Below, piece after piece: positions 24,643-32,000 of a stretch of 32,000 bases of DNA. Position 1 is the stretch's first letter, and every line of letters starts with the position of its first letter. The notes beneath the pieces were generated by a model. It did no database searches. It was given only the letters and a program-made list of their open reading frames with translations, and was not told the DNA's origin. The position numbers and the translations under genes were made by a program. Source of the stretch: Candidatus Syntropharchaeum caldarium (GTDB lineage Archaea > Halobacteriota > Syntropharchaeia > Syntropharchaeales > Syntropharchaeaceae); assembly GCA_001766815.1 (NCBI GenBank), contig LYOS01000008.1, positions 1-32,000 on the forward strand. Reading direction: 5' to 3'.

Positions 24643-25806
24643 TCACTTCCCCCACAATGGCGAGATCTCTCTGAGTCTCTCAACTGCTCGCGGCAGCACT
24701 TCCAGAAAATAGTCCACCTCTTCACGCGTATTGAATCTGCTAAGTGTTAATCTGAGTGAGCCATGTGCAGCCACCTCATCAAGCCCGATCGCCATGAGAA
24801 CATGTGATGCTGCAAGCTTCTTTGAGGAGCAGGCAGAACCTGTTGATGCCGCAATACCCTCAAGATCGAGGCTCATGAGGAGCGATTCCCCTTCGATTGC
24901 CGTAAACCTGAAATGCGCGTTGTTACATAGCCTATCTACCGGGTGCCCGTTCAGATACGCCGCCTCTATTCCTTCAAGCACACCCTTGATCAACCGATCT
25001 CTCAAACCCGACATGTAAGGAATATCTCTACTCATCCGCTCCAATGCAATCTGACACGCCTTCCCAAATCCGACGATCCCAGGAATATTCTCGGTACTGC
25101 TCCTCAATCCCTTCTCATGTCCGCCGCCATGTATTATCGGTGCGATAAGCGTACCTTTTCTGATAAAAAGCGCTCCAACGCCTTTTGGACCGTGGATCTT
25201 GTGCGAAGAGATCGAGAGTATATCGGCTTTCATCGTTTCCAGATCGATCGGAATCTTTCCCACTGACTGAACCGCATCAGTATGGAATGGGATGCCCTTA
25301 TCGCCTGCAATCTCACTGATTTTTTCAATTGGCTGGATTGTCCCGATCTCGTTGTTTGCATGCATGATCGTGATCAGAATCGTATCATTCCTTATTGCAT
25401 CCTCCACGTCCTGTGGGTTTACCCTTCCGTATCGATCAACACCAATGTATGTCAGATCAAATCCTTGCTTCTCGAGCGCCCTGCATGTCTCAAGCACCGC
25501 AGGATGTTCGATTGCACTTGTTATGATATGTCCGCTGCCTTTGCGGTATGCAATCCCCTTTATCGCCAGATTATCAGACTCTGTGCCACCTGCAGTGAAG
25601 ATGACTTCTCTGGGGTCTGCACCGATTAAATCTGCAACCTTTGACCTTGCATCCTCCATTGCACTCTTTGCCTCACGCCCAAACTGATGGAGGCTTGATG
25701 CGTTTCCATATTTTTTTGTAAAATACGGAAGCATCGCTTCTACAACATCAGGATCGACGCAGCTTGTTGCAGCGTTATCAAGATATATTCTGCGCAATTT
25801 CACCAT
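24643..25806 (-). CDS. iscS: Cysteine desulfurase (NifS/IscS, class V aminotransferase)
   Basis: [16 protein letters not shown], the PLP-lysine motif [10 protein letters not shown], and the active-site loop STGSACSS. I prefer the start at [10 protein letters not shown] (25806) over 25857. Confidence 0.9.
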   Translation of the reverse strand: MVKLRRIYLDNAATSCVDPDVVEAMLPYFTKKYGNASSLHQFGREAKSAMEDARSKVADLIGADPREVIFTAGGTESDNLAIKGIAYRKGSGHIITSAIEHPAVLETCRALEKQGFDLTYIGVDRYGRVNPQDVEDAIRNDTILITIMHANNEIGTIQPIEKISEIAGDKGIPFHTDAVQSVGKIPIDLETMKADILSISSHKIHGPKGVGALFIRKGTLIAPIIHGGGHEKGLRSSTENIPGIVGFGKACQIALERMSRDIPYMSGLRDRLIKGVLEGIEAAYLNGHPVDRLCNNAHFRFTAIEGESLLMSLDLEGIAASTGSACSSKKLAASHVLMAIGLDEVAAHGSLRLTLSRFNTREEVDYFLEVLPRAVERLREISPLWGK

Positions 25807-26140
25807 CCTCTTCTCTATCAGGTATTCCCGCAACCACTGCATCATGCCCTGTTGCATCGACGACTATCTTTGATTCAATCGCAACAGGATCGACACAGGT
25901 GATGGCACGTGGAAGGGCAGATACCGGTGTCCAGTTTATGACCACTCCCTGGACACGTTCGTTCTTTAGCACAACGTCATCGAATTTTGTCATATTCAGT
26001 ACCTTGACTCCTGCAACACACACCCCATCCTGTACTTCTACTTCTATATATGGAACTCCTATCTCATCGAGGTCCTGGCTGAACCCTGATAGGATCGCCC
26101 TTGTAACATCTTTCTCAGATACTGGTGCAAATATTATATC
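25778..26140 (-). pseudogene. thi4: Degenerate remnant of thiazole synthase Thi4
   Basis: The open frame (no ATG; the ORF track starts at GTG 26023) reads ...[41 protein letters not shown]...[14 protein letters not shown]...[23 protein letters not shown]. This resembles the N-terminal and middle Thi4 blocks. It lacks the GxGxxG FAD/NAD-binding segment and the C-terminal third, and it runs into the iscS start. Confidence 0.5.
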
Positions 26141-26278
26141 TTACATACTTTACATAACTATAGTTAAGTTAACAATGGTGAACTATATAAAGTTTTGGAT
26201 TAACGGGCTTTACTGCCCTGTCTGGTATTTATCTCGCATTTGAAGCTCATGCGGTCTATCACAATTGATATGGCTTCG

Positions 26279-27880
26279 TCATCCGCTGTACCTGTTTGTT
26301 ATCGGCATCCTTCTGCCTGAGCCAAACGCAAGCGGCGTAATCTTGATTCCGAGTGCCATCTGCTGGCGCTTGTACTCATTGTGATCAACGCGAAAGATTA
26401 TATCAGCAACGATCTCATCATCAAACCCCTGTGAAACGATCTCTTCTCTGCTTCTCTGTTCCTCAATATATGCCCGAAGTATCGGATCAAGCACACTGTA
26501 TGGTGGAAGCGAATCAGCATCCTTCTGCCCCTCCCTTAGCTCTGCAGATGGTTCTTTTGTGATGATACCCTCTGGTATGATTTCACTCTCATTGATTTGG
26601 TTGATGTACCTTGCAAGCTCATATACTGTTGTTTTCAGGACATCTGATAACACAGCAAGCCCACCTGCCATGTCTCCGTAGAGCGTGCAATATCCCACAG
26701 CAAGCTCAGATTTATTCCCGGTTGAGAGGACGAAGTATCCGAATTTGTTCGAGAGTGCCATCAGGATATTTCCACGAATCCTTGCCTGTATATTCTCTTC
26801 TGTAGCATCCACCTCTCTGCCCTTAAATTCCTCTGAAAGCGTCTCAGTATATGCATCCACGATCTTTGCGATCGGGATGACCTTGAAATCTATATCAAGG
26901 TTACAGGCTAATTTTTCAGCATCATCGATACTCTGTCTTGATGTGATCGCACTTGGCATTGAGACGCCAATAACATTACGGGAACCAAGTGCATCCCTGG
27001 CAAGCGCGGCTGTGACAGCTGAATCTATCCCACCACTGAGTCCAATTACAACCTTGGAAAACCCATTCTTCTGTATATAATCCCTGACTCCAAGTACAAG
27101 CGCGCTGTAGATCTCTGAGATGCCCTCTTCCTCTTCTGGAGTTATCACCTCATGATCAAGATCTATTACAGGAAGATCCTCCTCGAAAGATTTACATTCT
27201 GCTATAAGTTTGCCCTCGCGGTTTACGATAGAACTTCTACCATCAAAGATCAGATCGTCCTGGCCACCCACAAGATTAAGATATAGCAGCCATACTTCAT
27301 TCTCCCGTGCCCGCTTTGAGATGAGTTCTCTCCGCACTTTTGTCTTTCCTGTATAAAAAGGGGAGGCTGAGATGTTTACAATTAAATCTGCTCCTTTCGC
27401 TGCTTGAACCTCATAAGGACCATGCTCAACCCAGATATCCTCACAGATATTCAATCCAAGTTTGATTTTGCCAAGATCGAAGATCTCAATTTTCGTTGCA
27501 GGCTCGAAGTATCGCTTCTCATCAAATACATCACAGCTTGGGAGGTGCATCTTGTGCTGTATTCCTATAAGTTCTCTCTCCTTGATGAGTGCAGCAGCAT
27601 TGTAAAGCTTCTTCTTGTCTGCATCAACAAAACCTGTGACAACAGCGATACCCTCACTCGCCGTGATAATCTGCTTAAGTGCATCTCTGTTATCTTTGAT
27701 GAATGAGGGCTTAAGAAGCAGATCCTTTGGCGGGTAGCCAGTTATTGCAAGTTCAGGGAAGACAACAAGATCTGCACCACGTTCTGCTGCCGCTTTGATG
27801 AATCGGATGATCTTACTGGTGTTTCCCGATATATCACCCACCGTTGGATTGATCTGTCCAAGTGCCACGCGAAAGTCCAT
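26279..27880 (-). CDS. nadE: Glutamine-dependent NAD+ synthetase (CN-hydrolase domain plus NadE domain)
   Basis: The N-terminal nitrilase-type domain has VVFPELAITGYPP and the catalytic LNICEDIW. The C-terminal domain has the PP-loop GLSGGIDSAV and NKSELAVGYCTLYGD. I prefer the start at MDFRVALGQ (27880). Confidence 0.9.
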   Translation of the reverse strand: MDFRVALGQINPTVGDISGNTSKIIRFIKAAAERGADLVVFPELAITGYPPKDLLLKPSFIKDNRDALKQIITASEGIAVVTGFVDADKKKLYNAAALIKERELIGIQHKMHLPSCDVFDEKRYFEPATKIEIFDLGKIKLGLNICEDIWVEHGPYEVQAAKGADLIVNISASPFYTGKTKVRRELISKRARENEVWLLYLNLVGGQDDLIFDGRSSIVNREGKLIAECKSFEEDLPVIDLDHEVITPEEEEGISEIYSALVLGVRDYIQKNGFSKVVIGLSGGIDSAVTAALARDALGSRNVIGVSMPSAITSRQSIDDAEKLACNLDIDFKVIPIAKIVDAYTETLSEEFKGREVDATEENIQARIRGNILMALSNKFGYFVLSTGNKSELAVGYCTLYGDMAGGLAVLSDVLKTTVYELARYINQINESEIIPEGIITKEPSAELREGQKDADSLPPYSVLDPILRAYIEEQRSREEIVSQGFDDEIVADIIFRVDHNEYKRQQMALGIKITPLAFGSGRRMPITNRYSG

Positions 27881-27932
27881 CGCTCGTGCCTCAATATACT
27901 TTCTACTACTTATCAATGATAAGAATAACCCA

Positions 27933-28703
27933 TCATATACCAATACTCAGGCGAACAAGAATATCGATCAGATCTCCCCAGATGACAGCAACAACAAACC
28001 CAGCCGTAATTGAAATCATTAAGGGGATTCCTGGTGTAACCCATACTTTTTTTTCTATCTTTCCAGATGCAGCATATTTTTCAAGCTCCCCGATCAGGTC
28101 GTCATCGATCTTAACTCCCCCCATTCTGTATCGTTTGCGGACACTTCCATCTTCCATCTCTTCATACCGATCGAGTAGCCTGAGGTGCCTGGAATCCCTA
28201 AGACCCTCAATATCCTTCCTGTATCCAAGAAAAAGCAGAAAGAGTCTATCAGGCATCTTTCTATCTCTTGCAAGGTCTACAAGGTTGATAAGGAGTACCC
28301 ACAGAACAGCAATGATAACACTCAGGAACGCACAATTTCCAAGCACACTCAGTGCAAATATACGATGGATCGGGATGCCTGCAAGTGGCAGATCATATCC
28401 AGAGAGTGTGATCGTCGGATACATGGGGACCATCAATCCAATCATGATAAATGCCTTCGCATCCGCACCACCAAAGACACCAAGGTAATAGATGAGGTAG
28501 ATAAAAAGGAAGACCACAGTGATCGAGAGCAGAGATGGTATGAGCGATTGAACCCCTCCTTTGAGCACGTCGATGATCAGGAAGGAAATTCCAAGCACGA
28601 TCATTGGGTACCAGAGCTTATTCGTAACTCGCCGTGTCTTAATGTCTGAATAACAGGCATATAAAAGGAACGGGAGACATAGAATAACTCGAATCAGCAT
28701 CAT
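27933..28703 (-). CDS. A24-family aspartic signal peptidase (prepilin/prearchaellin peptidase type)
   Basis: Polytopic membrane protein with the two catalytic-Asp contexts expected for the family: CYSDIKTRRVTN near the N-terminus, and GVFGGADAKAF. Confidence 0.7.
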   Translation of the reverse strand: MMLIRVILCLPFLLYACYSDIKTRRVTNKLWYPMIVLGISFLIIDVLKGGVQSLIPSLLSITVVFLFIYLIYYLGVFGGADAKAFIMIGLMVPMYPTITLSGYDLPLAGIPIHRIFALSVLGNCAFLSVIIAVLWVLLINLVDLARDRKMPDRLFLLFLGYRKDIEGLRDSRHLRLLDRYEEMEDGSVRKRYRMGGVKIDDDLIGELEKYAASGKIEKKVWVTPGIPLMISITAGFVVAVIWGDLIDILVRLSIGI

Positions 28704-28709
28704 GAGAGT

Positions 28710-29633
28710 TTATCGTTTTTTACCCGCCTTCTTGCCACGTTTTGACTTTCTTTCAAGCTCCTTCTTTGCTTCAACTCGCAGAGCATACCATTTGAGAATG
28801 CCTGTATTCAGGAGCCACGTATTCATAAGATCTGCCAGAAGACCGAATATGAGGACCACCGAGATGTCGCGCAGTATGGGAATCGCTGTATAGGAACTTA
28901 TGAGATACATCGATGTCGAGACGAGGAATAGAACCGTTATCGCAGATAAGGTTGTCCCCGTCATTGTAAACCCTGTTTTCATCGCTTTTATAATCTTCTC
29001 CTCCAGGCTCCCCTCTCGTTTGAGAAGACGTGTTGTTAAGAGAATGTCTGAGTCAACCGAGTAACCGATGAGCATGAGGAGAGCTGCAACCGTTCCAAGT
29101 GTGAGTTCTATCCCAAATATGTTCATACACGCCACAGCTATTACTATATCTGAAAATGCAGATAGGATTACGGCAAGTGCAGGTACTGCTGTTCTGAATA
29201 CGATAAAAACAACCACCGCCATGAGGATGAACGCAATTAACAGTGCCCAGAGTGCCTGATGCTGCTGTTCACGACTGAACTCTTCACCCATGTCCTCTAT
29301 CTGGGCATCAGGATAGTTTGAATTAATATAAGCTAAAAGCCTGTCTTTAGTATCTTCATCCATTGGACCGAATTGAACCATCTTGCGCCCTGAACTCGTG
29401 CGCACGTCGATCAGATTGTAGTCTGCAAACGCTACCTCAAGTTCTGCATCTGACTCATCGGTTGTCAGGTATGCGACCGTTCCACCTTTGAACGCAACGC
29501 CCATGGCTACGGGTTCGCCTGTTCGCAGGTAAGAAAAACCAAGTATCGAGAGTGCAATGAGTAAAATAATGATCGGTATTATAATCATTTTCTTTGGGGG
29601 TAATCGCGCATACACCTCAAGATCTATAGACAT
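28710..29633 (-). CDS. secF: Protein-export membrane protein SecF
   Basis: 307 aa: an N-terminal TM helix, an extracytoplasmic domain, then 5 TM helices with the SecD/F block LIGYSVDSDILLTTRLLKR. The tail is basic. Confidence 0.8.
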   Translation of the reverse strand: MSIDLEVYARLPPKKMIIIPIIILLIALSILGFSYLRTGEPVAMGVAFKGGTVAYLTTDESDAELEVAFADYNLIDVRTSSGRKMVQFGPMDEDTKDRLLAYINSNYPDAQIEDMGEEFSREQQHQALWALLIAFILMAVVVFIVFRTAVPALAVILSAFSDIVIAVACMNIFGIELTLGTVAALLMLIGYSVDSDILLTTRLLKREGSLEEKIIKAMKTGFTMTGTTLSAITVLFLVSTSMYLISSYTAIPILRDISVVLIFGLLADLMNTWLLNTGILKWYALRVEAKKELERKSKRGKKAGKKR

Positions 29634-29763
29634 TTTAACATCTCCCTGCTCTTACGACTCTAATTGCTTTATAGATAAAGAATCTGAATTGTAGATAAGT
29701 GTTTTGCAGATCTGGCGATAAACTATATAAACTCATGCAAACTAAAATGTCTCGCCCAATGAT

Positions 29764-29804
29764 TGATGAAGGATTTATCGTTCTTGGGTAAGTCCTGAAG
29801 GAGG
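29764..29804 (+). promoter_or_regulatory. Candidate K-turn (box C/D-like) hairpin in the rpl7ae 5' leader, overlapping the Shine-Dalgarno sequence
   Basis: UGAUGA (29764-29769) and CUGA (29795-29798) flank a 10-bp stem, AGGAUUUAUC (29770-29779) / GGUAAGUCCU (29787-29796), with a 7-nt loop. The closing GA...GA could form tandem sheared pairs. AGGAGG (29799-29804) follows directly, 8 nt before ATG 29813. Confidence 0.4.
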
Positions 29805-29812
29805 AATGATTA

Positions 29813-30181
29813 ATGGCAAAACCACTATTCGATATTGATTTACCAGCAGAGCTTGAAACCAAAGCGATGGAGCTTTTAGAGGTTGCAAGAGATACGGGAA
29901 AGATTAAGAAAGGGGCAAATGAGGTTACAAAGGTTGTTGAACGATCTGCAGCCAAGTTTGTAATGGTGAGCGAGGACACAGATCCTATCGAGATCGTTGC
30001 ACATATACCACTGCTCTGTAACGAGAAGAATATCACGTGCATACCTGTAAAGAAGAAGAAAGAACTTGGAGCGGCGTGCGGTCTTCACGTGGGAACAACA
30101 GCGGTTGCAATCATTAACCCAGGCAAAGCAGATGGCGTTCTAAAAGAACTTGTGGACGCAATAAAAGAACTCAACGGATAG
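29813..30181 (+). CDS. rpl7ae: 50S ribosomal protein L7Ae
   Basis: KKGANEVTKVVERSAAKFVMVSEDTDPIEIVAHIPLLC is the L7Ae/L30e signature. 122 aa. Confidence 0.95.
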   Translation: MAKPLFDIDLPAELETKAMELLEVARDTGKIKKGANEVTKVVERSAAKFVMVSEDTDPIEIVAHIPLLCNEKNITCIPVKKKKELGAACGLHVGTTAVAIINPGKADGVLKELVDAIKELNG

Positions 30182-30190
30182 GGATCGAAG

Positions 30191-30403
30191 ATGGCTGACG
30201 AAGATGGAGTTCCAGCAGAGGTTGTGGAGATCATCGGTAGAACAGGGATGCATGGTGAGGCGACGCAGGTAAAATGTCGTGTTCTTGAAGGGAGCAACAA
30301 AGGACGGGTGATTACCAGAAACTGTCTTGGACCTGTAAGGAAAGGCGATATACTTCAACTTCTTGAGACTGCGAGGGAAGCGAAGAAATTGATGACTCGA
30401 TAA
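30191..30403 (+). CDS. rps28e: 30S ribosomal protein S28e
   Basis: [46 protein letters not shown] is typical S28e. 70 aa. Confidence 0.95.
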   Translation: MADEDGVPAEVVEIIGRTGMHGEATQVKCRVLEGSNKGRVITRNCLGPVRKGDILQLLETAREAKKLMTR

Positions 30404-30424
30404 GTCTCTCAAGGGGGTTTTAGG

Positions 30425-30607
30425 ATGGAAACCAAAAGATGTTCATTTTGTGGCAGTGAAATAGGTTATGGAAAAGGCTCAATCTTTGTAAAGGTTGATG
30501 GCACCATTCTGAACTTCTGTTCATCCAAGTGCAGGAACAACCACAATCTTGGGCGGATTCCACGGCGTGTTAGATGGACAGAGACATGGATTGAGAAGAA
30601 CAGGTGA
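30425..30607 (+). CDS. rpl24e: 50S ribosomal protein L24e
   Basis: CSFCGSEIGYGKGSIFVKVDGTILNFCSSKC is the zinc-ribbon L24e signature. 60 aa. Confidence 0.93.
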   Translation: METKRCSFCGSEIGYGKGSIFVKVDGTILNFCSSKCRNNHNLGRIPRRVRWTETWIEKNR

Positions 30608-30611
30608 GATT

Positions 30612-31070
30612 ATGGTATTTGAACAGACATTTATCATGATAAAACCAGATGGTGTCCAGCGAGGTTTCATTGGCAAGATCCTCAGCCGATTTGAGGAGAA
30701 AGGATTAAAATTTCTTGCCATGAAACTTATCACCATCGATGATGAAACTGCCAGGCGGCACTATGAGGAACATCTTGGAAAACCCTTCTATGATGGTCTT
30801 GTTGAGTATATCACATCAGGACCCGTTCTTGTTGCGGTTCTTGCAGGTGATGAGGCGATTTCAATTGTAAGAAAGCTCGTTGGCGCGACCGATCCAAAGG
30901 ATGCACTCTGTGGTACGATACGAGGCGATTTAGCCATTGATATTGGTCGAAATGTGATACATGCATCCGATTCGCCCGCATCTGCCACTCGTGAGATAGA
31001 ACTTTATTTTGATGAGGCCGAAATTCTGAGATACAGCAGAATAGATGAAGAATGGCTATATGAGGCGTGA
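30612..31070 (+). CDS. ndk: Nucleoside diphosphate kinase
   Basis: EQTFIMIKPDGVQRGFIGKILSRFE, RGDLA and the active-site NVIHASDS. I prefer the start at ATG 30612 over the ORF-track start at 30549, which overlaps rpl24e. Confidence 0.92.
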   Translation: MVFEQTFIMIKPDGVQRGFIGKILSRFEEKGLKFLAMKLITIDDETARRHYEEHLGKPFYDGLVEYITSGPVLVAVLAGDEAISIVRKLVGATDPKDALCGTIRGDLAIDIGRNVIHASDSPASATREIELYFDEAEILRYSRIDEEWLYEA

Positions 31071-31072
31071 AT

Positions 31073-31504
31073 ATGGCAGAAGAAACCGAAACAAGGCTTG
31101 TAATGATCTCATCCGACTCTACAATCACACCCGAGCAGATAAAAAAGCTTCTTTCTGAGATGAACCTCGGGATTACGATAAAAGATACCTGCTTTGGCGC
31201 TCTTATCGAAGGTGCAAAGCACGAGGTTGACGAGGCGATCGAGGCGATCAGAAAGCTTGATAAACACGGTATATTCACGAAGGTCAGGGGATTTCCGGTC
31301 GGAGATCCAAGGGTATGCAGAGCAACAAGAAGTGGGGGAGCAAGACCTGGATTTCATCAGCTTGAAGCAGAGTACAGATTGCTTCCAATGATACGGCACG
31401 CGCTTGACGAACTCGACGAATCGAAAGGAAGTATTTCCTGGAAGAAGAAGGAGAAGTTTCCAGCAGATAAGCTGAATGAGATGATAAGCTCCGTTGAGCT
31501 TTGA
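31073..31504 (+). CDS. Candidate methanogenesis marker protein 6 (DUF2102-like)
   Basis: The pattern CFGALIEG...IRKLD..GIFTKVRGFPVGDPRVCRATRSGGARPGFHQLE matches my recollection of the Mmp6 family. This is unverified. I prefer ATG 31073. The ORF-track start at 31067 is a GTG overlapping the ndk stop. Confidence 0.5.
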   Translation: MAEETETRLVMISSDSTITPEQIKKLLSEMNLGITIKDTCFGALIEGAKHEVDEAIEAIRKLDKHGIFTKVRGFPVGDPRVCRATRSGGARPGFHQLEAEYRLLPMIRHALDELDESKGSISWKKKEKFPADKLNEMISSVEL

Positions 31505-31514
31505 GGTATAGGAT

Positions 31515-31967
31515 GTGAAGGTCGCACTGGGTGGCACATTCGAACCGCTACATGATGGGCACAAAGCACTTCTTAAGAAGGTTGTTGAGCTTAGTGGAAA
31601 TGATGAGATCGTAATCGGGATCACATCAGATGACATGGCACGTGAGCGCTACAGAACAGTCCTGTCCTACACCGTTCGATCTGAGAATATCAAGCAGTAT
31701 ATGTTGCGAGAGTATGGTCGTGAGGTTCGCACTGTCGAGCTTTCTGATAAATTTGGGATCACACTCGACGAGGAGATCGACTGTATCGTGGTATCACCTG
31801 AGACCGCAAAGGTGGCAGAAGAGATCAACAAGCTTCGTTGTGCGCGGGGATGCAAAAAGATGAAGATCGTCGTTATCGATCATGTACGGGCAGAGGATGG
31901 TGGTATCATCTCATCGACCCGCATAAAGAAGGGGGAGATTGATAAACACGGGAGACTTCTTGAATGA
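31515..31967 (+). CDS. coaD: Archaeal phosphopantetheine adenylyltransferase (cytidylyltransferase family)
   Basis: VALGGTFEPLHDGHKALL carries the nucleotidyltransferase H/TxGH motif, and ISSTRIKKGEID the C-terminal ISSTRIR-like motif. It uses a GTG start with GAGGT 8 nt upstream. Confidence 0.8.
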   Translation: MKVALGGTFEPLHDGHKALLKKVVELSGNDEIVIGITSDDMARERYRTVLSYTVRSENIKQYMLREYGREVRTVELSDKFGITLDEEIDCIVVSPETAKVAEEINKLRCARGCKKMKIVVIDHVRAEDGGIISSTRIKKGEIDKHGRLLE

Positions 31968-32000
31968 GTACACCCATTGTCGATCCGATGAAGATACGCT
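31964..32000 (+). CDS. Start of an unidentified ORF running off the window
   Basis: ATG at 31964 overlaps the coaD stop (ATGA) and reads MSTPIVDPMKIR. It is too short to identify. Confidence 0.25.
   Translation, partial: MSTPIVDPMKIR

Noticed and set aside
24531-24725. 64-aa minus-strand ORF spanning the iscS/iscU junction
   Set aside because: It is a third-frame artefact overlapping the iscS 3' end and the iscU 5' fragment. Its sequence has no IscU or IscS similarity.
27862-28488. 208-aa plus-strand ORF
   Set aside because: It is antisense to the A24 peptidase membrane protein, whose hydrophobic TM pattern and catalytic Asp motifs support the minus strand.
28710-29812. Expected secD partner next to secF
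   Set aside because: The only ORF upstream of secF (29635-30042, minus strand) is antisense to rpl7ae and its leader, and has no SecD features. secD must lie elsewhere, so no feature is called.

Overview
This window is a densely packed archaeal chromosomal segment of about 40 genes on both strands, roughly mid-40s % GC by eye. I saw no transposase, integrase, CRISPR array or rRNA. The gene content points to a methane- or alkane-metabolising euryarchaeon of the ANME-1 / Syntrophoarchaeum / GoM-Arc1 kind: MCR homologs, candidate methanogenesis-marker proteins 6 and 8, an H4MPT-biosynthesis gene, archaeal SAM synthetase, NikR, the L7Ae-S28e-L24e-Ndk cluster, and a multiheme cytochrome.

The standout is at 1.85-5.7 kb. 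A compact three-gene operon encodes beta, alpha and gamma subunits of a strongly divergent methyl-coenzyme M reductase homolog. The order is B-A-G, with no mcrC or mcrD. The alpha subunit keeps the MCR fold landmarks but lacks several hallmark active-site and post-translational-modification motifs, including the GFYGYDLQDQCG thioglycine loop. This is what an alkyl-CoM reductase (ACR)-type or otherwise non-canonical MCR would look like. It is transcribed divergently from a metV-metF-hdrA-like operon.

Other points of interest:
- a lipoprotein-type pentaheme c-type cytochrome next to nikR
- a three-gene envelope module with a tandemly duplicated membrane domain
- a tRNA-Cys that abuts cysS
- an array of palindromes upstream of that tRNA
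- an iscU gene split by a frameshift in an A7 tract
- a decayed thi4 remnant
- a candidate K-turn hairpin in the rpl7ae leader

All functional calls rest on my reading of the translated ORFs against remembered family signatures. No database search or alignment was run. Start codons are often uncertain.
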